Shown here piece after piece: positions 51,436 to 64,000 of a stretch of DNA of 64,000 nt; within the stretch, counting starts at the first letter, position 1; every line of letters starts with the position of its first letter. Both the position numbers and the translations under genes were made by a program. The stretch is taken from the NCBI GenBank assembly GCA_043228905.1, contig JBHGNT010000003.1, positions 868,001 to 932,000 on the forward strand, written 5' to 3'. The notes beneath the pieces are model-generated. The model was not told the DNA's origin, did no database searches, and was given only the letters and a program-made list of their open reading frames with translations. Source of the DNA: Azolla caroliniana. Lineage: Eukaryota; Plantae; Polypodiophyta.

Positions 51436-53790
51436 TGTGTGAAATATTTGGAAATTGGATATATTTCCGAAAACACCAACCGATTAATATAATCGTGGGA
51501 TTCACGAAAATAATATAATCTATACTTGTGGGATTCACAAGTTTCTTATATCTTTCTTTCAATCTAAATACATATTCTTATCTAAATATTGATTAATAGA
51601 ATACAATACACTCGTGGGATTCACGAAATTTCTATCTCTCTTTCTAATAATCTATTCATTACTAGCCTCATCTCATATTCTTCTTTCTCCTAGTCCAAAA
51701 CCCCGGTGGTTCCCACCCGACTCACGCAAACGATCCGGAGCCGAAAGGCACGACACAGTTGGTGAACCCGACGTGAAGGTGGGTGGCAAGGAGATGGAGA
51801 ATCAACAAGAGGCGATGAACATGATGATGATGATGTTCGAGAGAATGCTACAAGAACAACGCGAGATGTCGGAGATCACGATAGTAGTAAAGCGGCTCGT
51901 ACAACGAAACGGACAATTCAACGGAAACGATGTGTCACGCTATCTACGTGACTACAAGGCGGAGATGATACGATGTGGGATACCGGAAGGATTGCAAGTG
52001 ACATCCTTCAATCGGGTAGCCACGGATGAGTTACAAGAAAGAATCTACAAGATACGGCAACAAAATTCGACATGGGGGTCATTCGAAGAAGCTTTACGAG
52101 AGGCATATGATTACAAGAGATCGAAGGGAAAAGATCGGCGAGAATTCGACGAATGGGTGGCATCGGAGAAGACCCACCGAAGTGCAACACAAGCATTCCT
52201 AGAGTTCGAGCATCGTCTTGCTCAACTCTCGGAGCGGGAACAACGGTTGGTGGGGGAGGATAAAGTCCTAATGTTCGTAAAATCGATCGATCGAAAAGAA
52301 AGGATGGACATCGGGATCGAACTCGAAGACGATGACGGTACGAATGGTCTTACCGAAAATTGGGCCGAAGTCCAAAGGGTATGCCGGAGACATGATGAGA
52401 GGAAGATGAGAATCTTGTCAACAACATGGCCGATGAAGGATGGTCGATTGAAGACAAACGATGGAGCCGATATGAAGGCCGAAATACAACATGATGGTGC
52501 GACGGAAGAGGGTGTAAAACAAGCTACCCTCTTGTCTTGCGAAAGAACGACGGCGAAGGATAAGGCCGATAACCCAAGTGTAGAAGAAGATTTCGGAATA
52601 CAAGTGTCCGAAACATCAGGTGAAAAAGGGGTAAGCATAATTGATGTTTCCATAATTGATGCAGTGAAAGAGAGCAAGGAGGACTTGATTGAGGAGGTCA
52701 CCACAAAAGATGACATCGAATCGAAGGTGGCTATGGACGAATCAATGGCGGATGGCCATATCGAGATTTCTCCACCACTGATTCTAGAGACTCCGGCGGT
52801 TGCGTTCGAAAGGCAACGTGAGACCGAAGAGACGGAAGGTGGCGGAGAGAAAACAAAGGTCGAAGTCGATGCATACGACGGAGAGATAGCCGAGAATATG
52901 GCTATGGGTGAAACAATGGAGGATGATAATACCGAGGATTCCTACCCACTAATTCTAGAGACTTCGGCAGTTGTGTCCGAGAACCAACGTGAGACCGGAG
53001 AGACGGGAGGTGGCAGCAAGAAAGGTAAAGTCGGAAGCCGGTTTGGATGGAAGGTGATCCGGACGGGATTCCGATCCGAAAGAAAGCCGAACCGGGTAAA
53101 AGAGGATTCGACCAAAAGTCGACCCGAAAGAAAGCCGAACCGAAAGGAAAAGAATTCGGCCAAAAGACGACACAAACGAAAGCCGAACCGGGCGAATGAG
53201 GATTCGGCCGAAAGACGACCCGAAAGAAAGCCGACCCGAAAAGGGGTCGACTCGGTCAAAACCGATCGACCGAGTCTGACTTGGCCGAACGCGAATATGG
53301 ATGGAAGCCGACCTAGCCGAAAGCCGATCGGACGAGATCGATCCGGAAAGAAGCTAATCCGACTCAACCGGAGGTTGGACCGGTCAAGGCTGGTGAAAAC
53401 GAGGAAAAGAAAGCCAACTGAAACCGAAACCGATAGATCGAAACCGGGCCGGAAGGAGACCGACTCAATCGAAACCGAACAACCGATTCCGATTTGGCCG
53501 AATACGAATCCGATCGGAAGCCGATCAAACCGAAAGTCGATCGGACGAGAGCAATCCGGAAAAAAGTCAAGGTTGATGAAGACAAGAAAGAGGCCAGTAA
53601 AAGACACTACCACGAATGACAAGGGCCAAGAATATGACGAGAGAGAACAAAGAATATGGTGGATCGGATGGCGACAATGGTTCGGGTGGAAAGAATGGGT
53701 CTACTCAAAATGGAGAGACAAAGTTGACATAGCGGGACAAACGGAGGATGAAGGGGAGACAACGAGCATCGGCAACTTCGGCACAACGTG
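51436..53790 (+). mobile_element. LTR retrotransposon 5' part (Ty3/gypsy-like): LTR about 51436-51757, PBS, gag-like ORF; no pol or 3' LTR seen
   Basis: The putative LTR is bounded by TGTGT...ACACA with internal GTGGGATTCAC repeats. The PBS follows 2 nt later. CpG-rich composition contrasts with the flanks. Confidence 0.75.
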
Positions 53791-53875
53791 TTGTACCAAT
53801 CTCATGGCATATGATCTTTTGCAACTTAAGGCCAATGTTTTCTATTGTAAATGCAAAGTGTTTGCGCACCTTTGA
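51614..53875 (+). CDS. Retrotransposon Gag-like ORF (likely true start at MENQQE, about 51793) with acidic then highly basic repeat extension
   Basis: Uninterrupted 753-codon ORF. FNGNDVSRYLRDY...W..FEEALREAY resembles a Ty3 capsid-like region. It is followed by a duplicated PLILET..RET.ET.GG segment and RKPNR repeats. No protease, RT or integrase motifs. Confidence 0.65.
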   Translation: MGFTKFLSLFLIIYSLLASSHILLSPSPKPRWFPPDSRKRSGAERHDTVGEPDVKVGGKEMENQQEAMNMMMMMFERMLQEQREMSEITIVVKRLVQRNGQFNGNDVSRYLRDYKAEMIRCGIPEGLQVTSFNRVATDELQERIYKIRQQNSTWGSFEEALREAYDYKRSKGKDRREFDEWVASEKTHRSATQAFLEFEHRLAQLSEREQRLVGEDKVLMFVKSIDRKERMDIGIELEDDDGTNGLTENWAEVQRVCRRHDERKMRILSTTWPMKDGRLKTNDGADMKAEIQHDGATEEGVKQATLLSCERTTAKDKADNPSVEEDFGIQVSETSGEKGVSIIDVSIIDAVKESKEDLIEEVTTKDDIESKVAMDESMADGHIEISPPLILETPAVAFERQRETEETEGGGEKTKVEVDAYDGEIAENMAMGETMEDDNTEDSYPLILETSAVVSENQRETGETGGGSKKGKVGSRFGWKVIRTGFRSERKPNRVKEDSTKSRPERKPNRKEKNSAKRRHKRKPNRANEDSAERRPERKPTRKGVDSVKTDRPSLTWPNANMDGSRPSRKPIGRDRSGKKLIRLNRRLDRSRLVKTRKRKPTETETDRSKPGRKETDSIETEQPIPIWPNTNPIGSRSNRKSIGREQSGKKSRLMKTRKRPVKDTTTNDKGQEYDEREQRIWWIGWRQWFGWKEWVYSKWRDKVDIAGQTEDEGETTSIGNFGTTCCTNLMAYDLLQLKANVFYCKCKVFAHL
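51760..51777 (+). other. Primer-binding site complementary to tRNA-Trp
   Basis: TGGTGAACCCGACGTGAA is the reverse complement of TTCACGTCGGGTTCACCA, the 3' end of plant cytosolic tRNA-Trp(CCA) as I recall it. Confidence 0.85.
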
Positions 53876-53974
53876 CTTGTATCACCCATTGAATTCACTA
53901 CTAAATAAGCTATCTCCCTTCTCAATGAAACATGTTGCCAATATCTCTTAGGGGCGGTAGTCCCCGATTGATGT

Positions 53975-54640
53975 TTGTATGTTGTACGAAACTTGGGGGT
54001 CGATACATAGCTCCTATATATGAAACCTAGGGTATGTGGGGAACCATGACTATAGACTTGATAATGAGAAGGTGAGTAGATCATGTTGTGTGTGGGTGGT
54101 TGTGTCATTTGTTCTATAGAGATAGTCGAGGGGGGTATTAAGAGCTTGACAAACTCTGACATGGAAAGGTGAAATGAAGTCAAGGAGAAGTTAGGAAGAG
54201 CGGAGATGGGAGATAGAACTAGAAGAGAGCAAGGTTCAGAGAGGCGACAGGTTGAGAGATCCAACGGGAAGTATCTCTAGTGGATCGATCGACTAGGAGA
54301 TGTATTCTATGGAACAATCACATTTGCAAATGACAAATCATTGGGAGAACAGTCACGAGATCAAGTATGAAACTGTCACGAGATTAAGTGCAAAGACTAT
54401 CAGGCACTAAAGAGATTGGAAACGAAGAGCGAGGGATCAATTTGTAGGGACTACAAATGGACAACGGGCCATATTCGGGTAGAAGCTGCTTACCCAAAAT
54501 GGGTAGAAAGAGCGAACTGAGAAGGATGGACACTGGGAGGAGCCTAGAGGAGATGGGTGACTCGGATTGCCCACGAACATATATATGCACGAGAGATGGC
54601 CTGGGACCTCTTGGGCTCTTGAGCTCGTGATGACTCTTGA
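53975..54640 (-). mobile_element. Probable LTR-derived fragment(s)
   Basis: GC-elevated, purine-skewed segment with TATA-like motifs and a repeated GTCACGAGAT. Boundaries and TSD not resolved. Confidence 0.25.
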
Positions 54641-57445
54641 TTTTGATGAGTGGGGAGGGTGGATTGATTGGAGGGGTCAAAACAAACACGAAAATCATGA
54701 GGAAAGTGTTTATTTTGTATAAGTAAGTGTTAAAACAGAATAACATACAATCAATGATAGTTGCGTTAAAACAGAGTGTATATGTGTGTGTGTGTGTGTG
54801 TGGTGTTTGAATTATTGTAGTGGGCGATTTGAAGCAGCACAGACGGACATCGCCTTCTTCCATGAGATCATCATCTCCTCCGTCTCCGTCTCCGTCTCTG
54901 CTCTGTTCCTGATCAGATCACATCATTTCTCTTCTTGTCCGCCTTCTTCTCCCCCCCCGCCCCATCCTCCTTTCAAAGGTATGTTTTTTTTTTCTATTTT
55001 CATTAATTATCGTCGTAAGATTTTGATTCTTTTTTGTTCTCAAACAAAGTTCATTTATTTGTTTTATTACTTAGAGTCTTTGTTTTCTTTTTTCAGCAAG
55101 TAGATTTTTAATTTGTTTTTTCCTACTTATAAAATAATGGGGAATTTGAGAAGAAAATGCGACAAAATTTACAGGAATTTTGGTATATCACATACGTTTG
55201 AGTTGTGGAATCAGGCTGGCAGATTTTTTCTTTATGAATTGGGTGGATCAAATGATAGGAAATGATGAGAGAATACTGAAAAGCTATAGGAATCCGATAG
55301 GAAACTTATATATTTGTTGTATTTTGGTTCCTTCACAAAATATTTTTGAGTTAGAGAAGTTCCGGAAATTGGACCAAGAAACACAGTATTTATAACGTTT
55401 CTTTCCATGCTAGGCGGGTTTGCATAAATTAGTGGAAATAATTTAAATTACCCCAAGAATTTCGGATGTATGGTAGGAAATCTGATCGCAATGTCAGATT
55501 TAGTCCCCAACTGGAAATAAACTTAGCAGAATTTGGTGGAAAACATATGTATTCATCTGTGATTTACTTCCATTCTTAAAAATCTCTAACCTGTGATGAA
55601 CTCATAGGAAAAACTTTATATATTCATATCAGAGTTTGTTCCCAGCCAGAAAGTTCTGAATTCAATTGACATTGTAGAGAATAAGAGAACCTTTTGGAAT
55701 CAACAAGCCAAATTTAGAGATTAGACTGATGCATGAACATAGTTAAAAGTGATTAACGATCCCAGGAAATTTCTTCACGAGTTATTTGTAATGGTATGAA
55801 CTGGTTTGATCGATCATTACAACACGAGTAATTGTTTTCAAATGGAAATTTTGATTTATGGTTAAAACATGCCTAATCACATCCAATAATATTCACGAGT
55901 GGTTAAGAATGGGATGAAAGCTTTTGATTGGTCATCATGATATGGTTAATCATGTTGAACAATATTTGTAATGATTTTGAATGTGCTGAATATTTTTATT
56001 TCATCATTTTGACATAAACGAGATATGGATTTCTGCAATGGTATTTGTATATCTATATGAGAGATGATTTTCATCCATGTATAGGATTTTTATGTTTCCA
56101 TAAGATAGTAATTTCTATACATATGGCCAAAACTTAACTAGCACATGTAAAACCTATTCAGACCATATAAGTAAGCGGAACAAAATTGATGAAGTGATCA
56201 AGCAAGATGAAAATGTCAAGCTAAAGTGCAGAAATATTTAATTGAACCTAGACTAGGTGGAACATCCAAGATCATTTATGCACGTCCTAGATAATTTAAG
56301 TAGAATGGATTGCCAAGGTCTGTAGTTGGACTTACCGACTGGAAGAAAGAAAGGGATTAAAATATTTCTAATAATGTTTAGAGAAATATCTGATCTGGGA
56401 GCATTGCACTACTGACTAGAAGAAAGAAACGATTAAAATTTTTGTAATAATATTTTGAAAATATATTGATCTAGGAACCAACTCTTGTACACACTTTTTT
56501 GTCTTATACATTTATACACTGTAAATAGTCTGTAGAGAGTGAGTGGAGCAGTTTACTTCTGCATGTCTTCTCAAATGATTACTTGAGAAGAAACTTCATA
56601 TTGTTGAGATTTTGAATCCTCTTAGGCCAGCCACTGTGAAATGATCTATTATAGGAACATCTAGATTCATGTACATATTCATATGCATGAATACAAATAT
56701 GTTTATATTTATGCATATATGCATGCTTGGGTATGTGTATGTATGTATGTGTATTTACGTATAGCTATTTATACATATGTGAAAACACAACTTGATTAAT
56801 CAACTGCTACATTTCTCTTCCTTTCGCAATAAATATCTAATACATTAACACGAATGCATGTGTGCATCTGACAGCTGTGCACTCACGTGTACTACTAAAA
56901 GTAGCCCCTGTAATTCTATAATTAAATAATCAGTTAACTTCAGTTCTTACAACCTGCTATCGTATGAGTTTACAACCATGTACTGAGGTTTGAATTGCTT
57001 ATAGACTAATCAAACGAAAATTGGGTTTTGTAGGTCATACAATCAAAATTCGAATATCTTTGTGGAGATTCTTTCCTCAATTTTATCTTAGTAGTGAATG
57101 CAAGCTACTGTGGTCATAAAAATTCTATCATCCCTCAATGCTCTTGTGCAGCCTACCTTCTTCATTTAGGTAACACTTGCATTGCATTTCTACCTGGGAT
57201 TCTATAACAGTCAATTTCCTTATTATACATTTTGTTTTTGCATTTCTAGTATTTGAAGAAACGATCCACTTTGTTCAGAACAGCTGTTTCAGTTCATTTT
57301 GTCAAACTTATTGATGCTGAAATGTTCTAAGATTTTGGCATAATAGGTACGGTTTGGTTCTCTGTGCTCTTTCCCAGACTCAAGTCTTTACACTTAATAT
57401 TCGGCACCAGACTAATATTGGTGATTGTACAGGTTTCTACTAGCA

Positions 57446-60400
57446 ATGGTGGATTTACAACCAGTGCATCGCTATGCAGCTGGTGCATTGATATCTTTAG
57501 CTCTTCAGCAAGCTCATATTAACCAGTTATCCCTACACGATCATCTAAATGGTTGTATAGAAAATGAAGAATACTCTTCAATAAATACAGGAATTGATGA
57601 AGAAAATGATATATTATGGACGAGCCCCCAATCTGGTTTGCTTCGCCCAATATTCAGGTATGTCTCCCTATATTGATGTTGAGGATAATTGAATGTTTAA
57701 AATTTATAACAGCAATTAGAAAGTATTGATTGGGCTTTCAGTACAATGAACAACTTTCTTTTTACCACATTTGCCTAGAGGAATAGGATTACAAGATAGC
57801 AACTAGTATACCTGTATATTGAGAGTGTCCGGATTCCATAAGAATGGGGACTTGCCATAATTATTTCGTTGCCTTTGTGATGGAGTTTTACTGGGTGGAC
57901 ACAAAATCTGACATCATTCTGTAACGTCTCTTGGGGTCCTTACCAGAAGTTTCTTCTTACTCAGGTGGTGTTCTTGAGAATCGCCTAAGGTTGTGTGCAA
58001 GGACATACTACCGTTTACCCTTTTGTTGGTGAGATGGGTGAGAGCTAATGTCAATCCCCCTCGAGCTACTTACGTGTAAACGAACTATGAAAACATATGC
58101 TAAATGCAATCGACAACTCAATCAAATACACAAAACAAGACCTTTTACCTTGTTTCCATGCACCCGGTAGAAGAATGAAGAGACAAGAAGTCATAAACTT
58201 GGTTTAGCATCCATTAGTCCACTTAGATAATTACAAGTTATAAAGATACAATGTTTAAGCTCGTAACTTATAATTAGGAAAATAATTAAGGTGAGAGAGA
58301 GGCTTCAGCTTTAGCACTAGGGAGTATGTTCAAATGAGGAAGAACCTTTGCAAAAGGTTTAAAAATTAACCTTTATACTTCCCCCTTATTTAACCAGATT
58401 ACTTCTATGTCCCTATCATACTTGGGAGGGTATAAATATTTAAAATACGACCTTTAGATCCCATTACAATGTTAGGTTCTCTCTCTCTCTCTATTGCCCT
58501 ACATTTATGAGGAGTCTAGATTGTATACCCAGACCATAGCATCAGAGGTGAGATGTCCCACAGATACTTAACACAATCATTTATTTATTCTTTTAAGACA
58601 TATTGATATATGCCAGAGTGAGCAATTAAGTTTGCCAACATAAAGTTCAGATTGAGAGTATCTACTTTACAAAGGACCATATACATATGCAGCCAGGTAC
58701 AGTTTTGATGTGTAGATTTCATGCATAACACATATAAAGATGTAAGGTGGATTGTATCTCTAGCAAGATTATTCAAGATCTGTTTGGAGATGACATGCTG
58801 TCTCTAAGCCAGAGGCATGAGGTTCCTAAGCCTTACATTCTCTACTATTACCACGTCACACTCACAACACCTATAATTCATCATAGGTATATAAAGAATA
58901 CCCCTCTTTTCAGTTAGAATGGTTTATACATAGAGGGATCCCTTTTGAGAGACAGGCTACATCTTGAAATTTTTTATATGCAGGAGATATGAATAACTTC
59001 TTAGAGGCTGTTGAGAAATTTACATGGAGACCAAATAGCAGAAATTGAGCAGGTCCATGCTCATTTTCTTGTACATGACCTCAATCCCACTATAGACTTT
59101 GGTTAGAGGTCGATTTTCTCATTGTGTGTTTGTGTTTTGGATAGCATATGGTTGCACATCAACTTCTAACTCACAGCACTCTGTTTGTTTCCCTAACAGT
59201 TTCATCATTTTAATAATTTTTTTACTTTACAGTGGACACTCATCCACATTTAGTCTTGATGTTCCTTGTAATTGCAAATAATAATAGAACTATACAATGT
59301 TTTCTTAAATATTTATTAAAATATTGTTGAATTCATTGTCGATAGCTCCCATATGACACCATATGACAGGTATCTTAAAATAGAAATCAAAGCATGGGTT
59401 GGATTAGAACAAACAGCATTATCCATGGATGCAAAATCACATATTGAAGCTGTATGTGCCTTCTTAGAACCTCTTATTAAACAACATCCAAACTTGGGTT
59501 TCATCAAATATAAATGATTCTTGGGGATTCTGATTTCTCTGCAGTTTTTGAGAATACTCTCAGATGACGAAGATAATAATACTGCCTGCGACAATGCAGA
59601 GGTAAATTTGGCTGGAACTATAGAATCTATCACACTTAATTTTGACAACTCTTTCTCTGCCTCGGATGATGAAGCACAAACATCCAAATCTTCAGATACC
59701 TTGGGTGAATCCAAGCGCTTAGAAAGTTTGGATGTGGCTTCTGCTTCATCTATAGGTGGCTCCAATCAAGATTATCATGGATGTAATGGCAGTGCAACTC
59801 TTGAAAATATGGTACCATTGCTCAAAGAGGATTATTTTGCTTTTCCTCCAATGAAACATAATGAAACAGTCCCTGATACAGACTGGAATCAAGAAGAAAA
59901 TGATGATATGAAGAGATTAAGAGAGGTGCAAATGTTTACACATGAAGATAATGATGTTAATCTAGCAGCAGATCTGGGATCATTGACACAAAAGAGGAAA
60001 GTAGCAGTATTATATGAGCTGCTCGCTGCAGCAGTTGCCGATATTCCCGAAGAAGGTGATGATGTGTCAAGGTCAAGGCGGGGTTATGATGCCCGGCAAC
60101 GGGTAGCTCTTAGGCTCTTAGCAACCTGGCTCAATGTAAAGTGGAATAAAATGGTTAGTATCTATACCACATATATGTACTATTTGTTGATTGCGATATA
60201 TAATATGTCATAATCAAACATCTAAGAATATGTGCAGGCTGCAATGGAGATTCTAGTGGCATATGCTACCATAGCAGCTCAAGAAGATAAAGAAGAAAAC
60301 AAGGAAAAAGAAAATGAAACAAACAACTGGGCTAAATGGAAGCGAAGTGGACTTATAGGTGCCGCTGCAGTGACTGGGGGTGCACTGTTGGCATTTACTG

Positions 60401-63400
60401 GAGGTTAAGCAACTTTTCGAATATGCTATATATCCTTGCTGGAATGTCCACTGTAATTCAAAATGGTATCATATTTATTTATTTTCAGGACTTGCTGCAC
60501 CAGCTATTGCTGCTGGTTTATCTGCATTAGCACCAACACTTGGAACAATTATACCAGTGATTGGGTCAACCGGCTTTGCTGCAGCTGCCACAGCAGCTGG
60601 TTCTGTTGTAGGTTCTATTGCCGTTGCCGCTTCCTTTGGAGGTGCATTGTGTTTTTGAATGATCTTAATGTGGGCCCGCACATTCTTGTTCATGAAAGCC
60701 ATATGTTAATGATGTTCCTTGGACACCCTGGGTCTCAATGGTTTCTTGTTATGTTGAATAAAACCAGTAATGTGATGTTGGAAGGAGTGTGCAATGAGAA
60801 ATTCAGGGAAATGATTTGCTATATTAATGTCTTGTAAAGACTACAGTAACCAGTGGGATCAAAAGTTATTACATCCATGTGAATGTTATAGAATGCCAGG
60901 TAAAACAAAGAAAAAAATTGCATGTAAACAACTAGGTGCCTATAACTAGGTTGTGACAAAGTACAATGATATAGGGACCATGAGTACAAGTAATATCGAG
61001 GATAGATTATACAAAATATCTAAATAGGATAGGGGTAGCCTTTTGTGAATTAGCCCTTGAACCCATGAACAATATTAAAATGGGGGTTTCTTCAATCAAT
61101 GTCCACCTTGGTGGAATTGCCTGGGGAATTTTGCTCCATTATATCCTTAAACGAAGACAAAGATTATTACTTTGAAAAGAAAGAAAAAGAAAGAGAGAAG
61201 TGAAGAAGAAATTAGGACATAATCTGCACTTAGATGGAAAGAATTATATAGAAATGTCTATTAAGAGGCCAAAATGGCCTATAAGACCAAACAAGAGATT
61301 GCATCTTAATATGTTCTCTCATCTTTGAAAACAGGAAACAAAAATAAATATAACCAAGTAAAAAAGTTACATAAAAATGAAAGTGATTAAAGCATCCTGT
61401 TATACTTACATGTAAGATTCTCAAGTTAGATAGTTTGTCTTAAAAAGATCTCTATCATAGGTCAATCCAGAATGGAAATATCTCTGAAGAGCGGGAAGCA
61501 CCTGTGACGGTGGGAGATAATGTCCTTTATCTGTCAACGACAAGGGTGGGGAGGTTGTAGCCCAGAAGGACAGGGCCTATTTTCATGACAAATTGCTATT
61601 GCGTGATCTATTGTAACCCCTTTCCAATGTCCTGGCTGAGAGCCCACCTGTGCCCTTGATAAACTTGTAGCATGAGGAGAAGTGATAGGGCTATAAACAG
61701 TTTTGATTGTTCTTTGTTGATGACCTATGTGGTTGTATTGTTGTCCTTCAACTTCTCTATTTGTCTCTTGAGTTCTAGCTAGTACAGTCGCAAGCTCCAT
61801 TGATCCCATCATATTCCATTACCTTGCATAGTGAGCCAAAGTTTTGATTAGAGGCGATAGTATCTCCCTCTCATGTCATAAAAAACAAAGCAGTGGCAAA
61901 TATAGGGTTTTTCAGATCCACTCCCTGATGACACAGTTGGCAGATTCTTTCTTCTTGCGGTGTGCGTGCACAGCTGCCTGCGTCAATGTCTAACTGATGT
62001 AAAGATGTCTATTGTTGCCATATCACACTGTGCAGTACATGTCATATATATATATATATATATATATATGCATATAAGAGGTCCTGATGATGAATCCATC
62101 CTCAATTGTGTGTAAAAAATGCACCTTTTGGTGAGCCATTTTCCTAGTAAGAGATGTTAGACTTAAATTCCAATTTGGTGTGTAATTCTATACATCAATG
62201 ATCTCCTATTCTTACACGAGGCTAAAGTGAGATATCTATATCTTCCCAAAAAGTAAGATGTTCACATTGGTTACACAACTTCGCATTAGGTTTCTTTGTG
62301 TGCTTAAATCATTCTGATGGAACCTGTGCTTTTGCAGCTGCTGGCGCTGGTCTTACAGGTTTTAGAATGGCCAGAAGGACAGGTGGCATCGAAGAATTTG
62401 GTTTTGAAGGTCTTGGAGATAATCATCAGCGAGGGGTATGCCTATGATTATTGAATTTCGTTTTACTTGTGCTTTCCTGGGGCAGTTATTTGTGACATGT
62501 CTTATTGCAGCGCTTGGCAGTCGGTATTGTTATTTCGGGCTTTTTAAACAATCCTGATGATTTTACCAAACCTTGGCAAGGTTATGGCAACGACTTGGAG
62601 ATGTGAGCTTCTAGAATTATTCTGGTAGATATTGTAATATGAGGCATTGTTATATCACTGTCTTCCATCTGTCGATCTATATCTACTTAAATTGGCTATC
62701 TCAGTGTCCTTCAATCAGACATGCATTTATTATTTGATTTCATACTTGTTCTAGTAAAAGTGGGCATGAAATACTTATTTGATCGATCCTCAACATATTG
62801 ATCATATAACTCTTTCCTTAGCTCTCTTGACTGACTGTAAAGAAAAATGCAGGATGGTGGGCCTATTAACAATTTTCTGCATCCCTTATTCAAAGCTACT
62901 TTCATTAGGCAGTTATCTTAAGGCATTTGGAATCTGGATATTCTAATGCCTTGATAATAATGAAAATATCTATGCAGCTTTCTTTACAACATTAAAAGAC
63001 CTATAAAATGCTCATCTGATAAACTTCAATTGTTTACTAGTGTAACATTGTAAGCCAAGGATGAAAATTCATTATTACATTGGTTTAGGATACCATTTTG
63101 CTTAATATTTGAAGTTGACAATCAGATTAAAGACATATATTTAGTGGTATGTTTTTGAATTTGCTATTCTGTTACCAGGTATGCTGTTAGATGGGAAACA
63201 AAAAACCTTATGGCTCTCAGCACCGCTATACAAGATTGGCTTACTTCAAGTAAGTGGGTCTGTGAAATGAGCAAGAGGCAGGAGACTGAATGAATTACAT
63301 AATCTAGTAGAGCTATACAAAGCTTAAATAGAGATGGTTTTTCTCTAGTCTTTATATATAAATACAACACCTGCCATATGCAACTTTTAGTATTCTAGAG

Positions 63401-63730
63401 GCTCATCTTGTACTGTCCTTCATGTGTTTAACCCCATTCAAGCATTTATGGCAGCCTTACCCGACTGGTATAAAGATCCAGATTCATAGACATATGCTTA
63501 TTGATATATATATATAATCCATAATAGCTGGTGAGATCATTTTCCCACTCCTTTTAAAATCTATTTCCTATCTTAATTTGTCACTTATCCCCAGGTATAT
63601 CAAATGAATTGATGAAGCAAGGAGCTATGCTGACCGTTCTTAGCACACTTCTTAGTGCTTTGGCATGGCCATCTACCCTGTTATCTTTGACAAATCTAAT
63701 AGATAGCAAGTGGGCAGTTGCAGTTGATAG
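57446..63730 (+). CDS. TMCO4: TMCO4-like / DUF726 alpha-beta hydrolase-fold membrane protein, 3' end beyond the window; exons about 57446-57657, 59370-59451, 59544-60153, 60238-60404, 60489-60641, 62338-62435, 62511-62602, 63179-63249, 63595-63730; 5' UTR exon about 54820-54978
   Basis: Motifs seen: RYAAGALISLALQQAHINQ, RKVAVLYELL, GYDARQRVALRLLATWL, WAKWKRSGLIGAAAVTGG..LAAPAIAAG, GAAGAGLTG.RMARR.G.IEEF.F, YAVRWETKNL and ALAWPSTLL..LIDSKWAVAVDR. The GT-AG junctions keep the frame. Confidence 0.9.
57920..58573. mobile_element. Possible solo LTR in a TMCO4 intron
   Basis: The segment starts TGT and ends ACA, with a near-TSD CATTC/CAATC (4 of 5 match). Composition differs from the surrounding intron. 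Confidence 0.3.
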
Positions 63731-64000
63731 GTGTGTGCCTCAACTACATGTTCAACAAGATGCGTAACTACTTTTTAAATGTTTAATATCTATAAAAAGT
63801 TTGGTTTGTTGTCTGCATTTTGAAATTATACATTTGCAAAACTGGTTATGGGAATCTCTGGAGAAAGTTGGATTAATGTAGGATAAATGTATCTCTTGAG
63901 TAACAATCGGCAACGGTTCGGTTCGGTTTGAGAGTGTCAAAACCAAACCGTTAAAACCACAGTTTCATGGTTAGGTCAAAATTAAAATTTAAAATTTTAA

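Noticed and set aside
51395-51436. Hairpin CTCCCCATC...GATGGGGAG as a Helitron 3' end
   Set aside because: It is followed by ATAG rather than CTRR, and no 5' end was identified.
52222-53622. Long antisense ORFs within the gag-like ORF
   Set aside because: They are expected from GC-rich repetitive codons and carry no independent motifs.
61534-61812. Minus-strand ORF with PGHWK, like a gag zinc knuckle, in a TMCO4 intron
   Set aside because: The flanking Cys residues of the CCHC motif are absent and there is no other support.

Overview
AT-rich, intron-rich eukaryotic nuclear DNA from a land plant. A fern or other seed-free plant is my inference from intron size, microsatellite load and TE types, and is not proven. 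Five protein genes can be supported. (1) A 5-exon zf-4CXXC_R1 (CDCA7-type zinc finger) gene fused to an uncharacterised plant C-terminal domain (5309-8695). (2) An intron-containing family I inorganic pyrophosphatase that looks like a small bacterial subtype rather than a plant PPase, a candidate horizontal transfer (about 11973-12925). (3) An intronless orphan Ser-rich/acidic ORF with a uORF-loaded leader (27502-28398, minus strand). (4) A roughly 20-exon organellar (plastid-type) HSP90 with a Q-to-K change in the ATP-lid motif, a shortened charged linker and a ~140-aa Tyr/Gln/Gly/Asn prion-like repeat tail (42821-49582). (5) A TMCO4/DUF726 gene running off the window end (from 57446). The window also holds a tRNA-Glu(CTC), two Mutator-type MITE copies with 9-bp TSDs, LINE 3' fragments, a microsatellite-embedded tRNA-derived SINE cluster, and an LTR-PBS(tRNA-Trp)-gag element without pol. 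Several tandem repeats are present, and about 25 kb of degenerate intergenic DNA could not be resolved. All gene models were built by eye from GT-AG sites and reading-frame continuity. No database searches were run.
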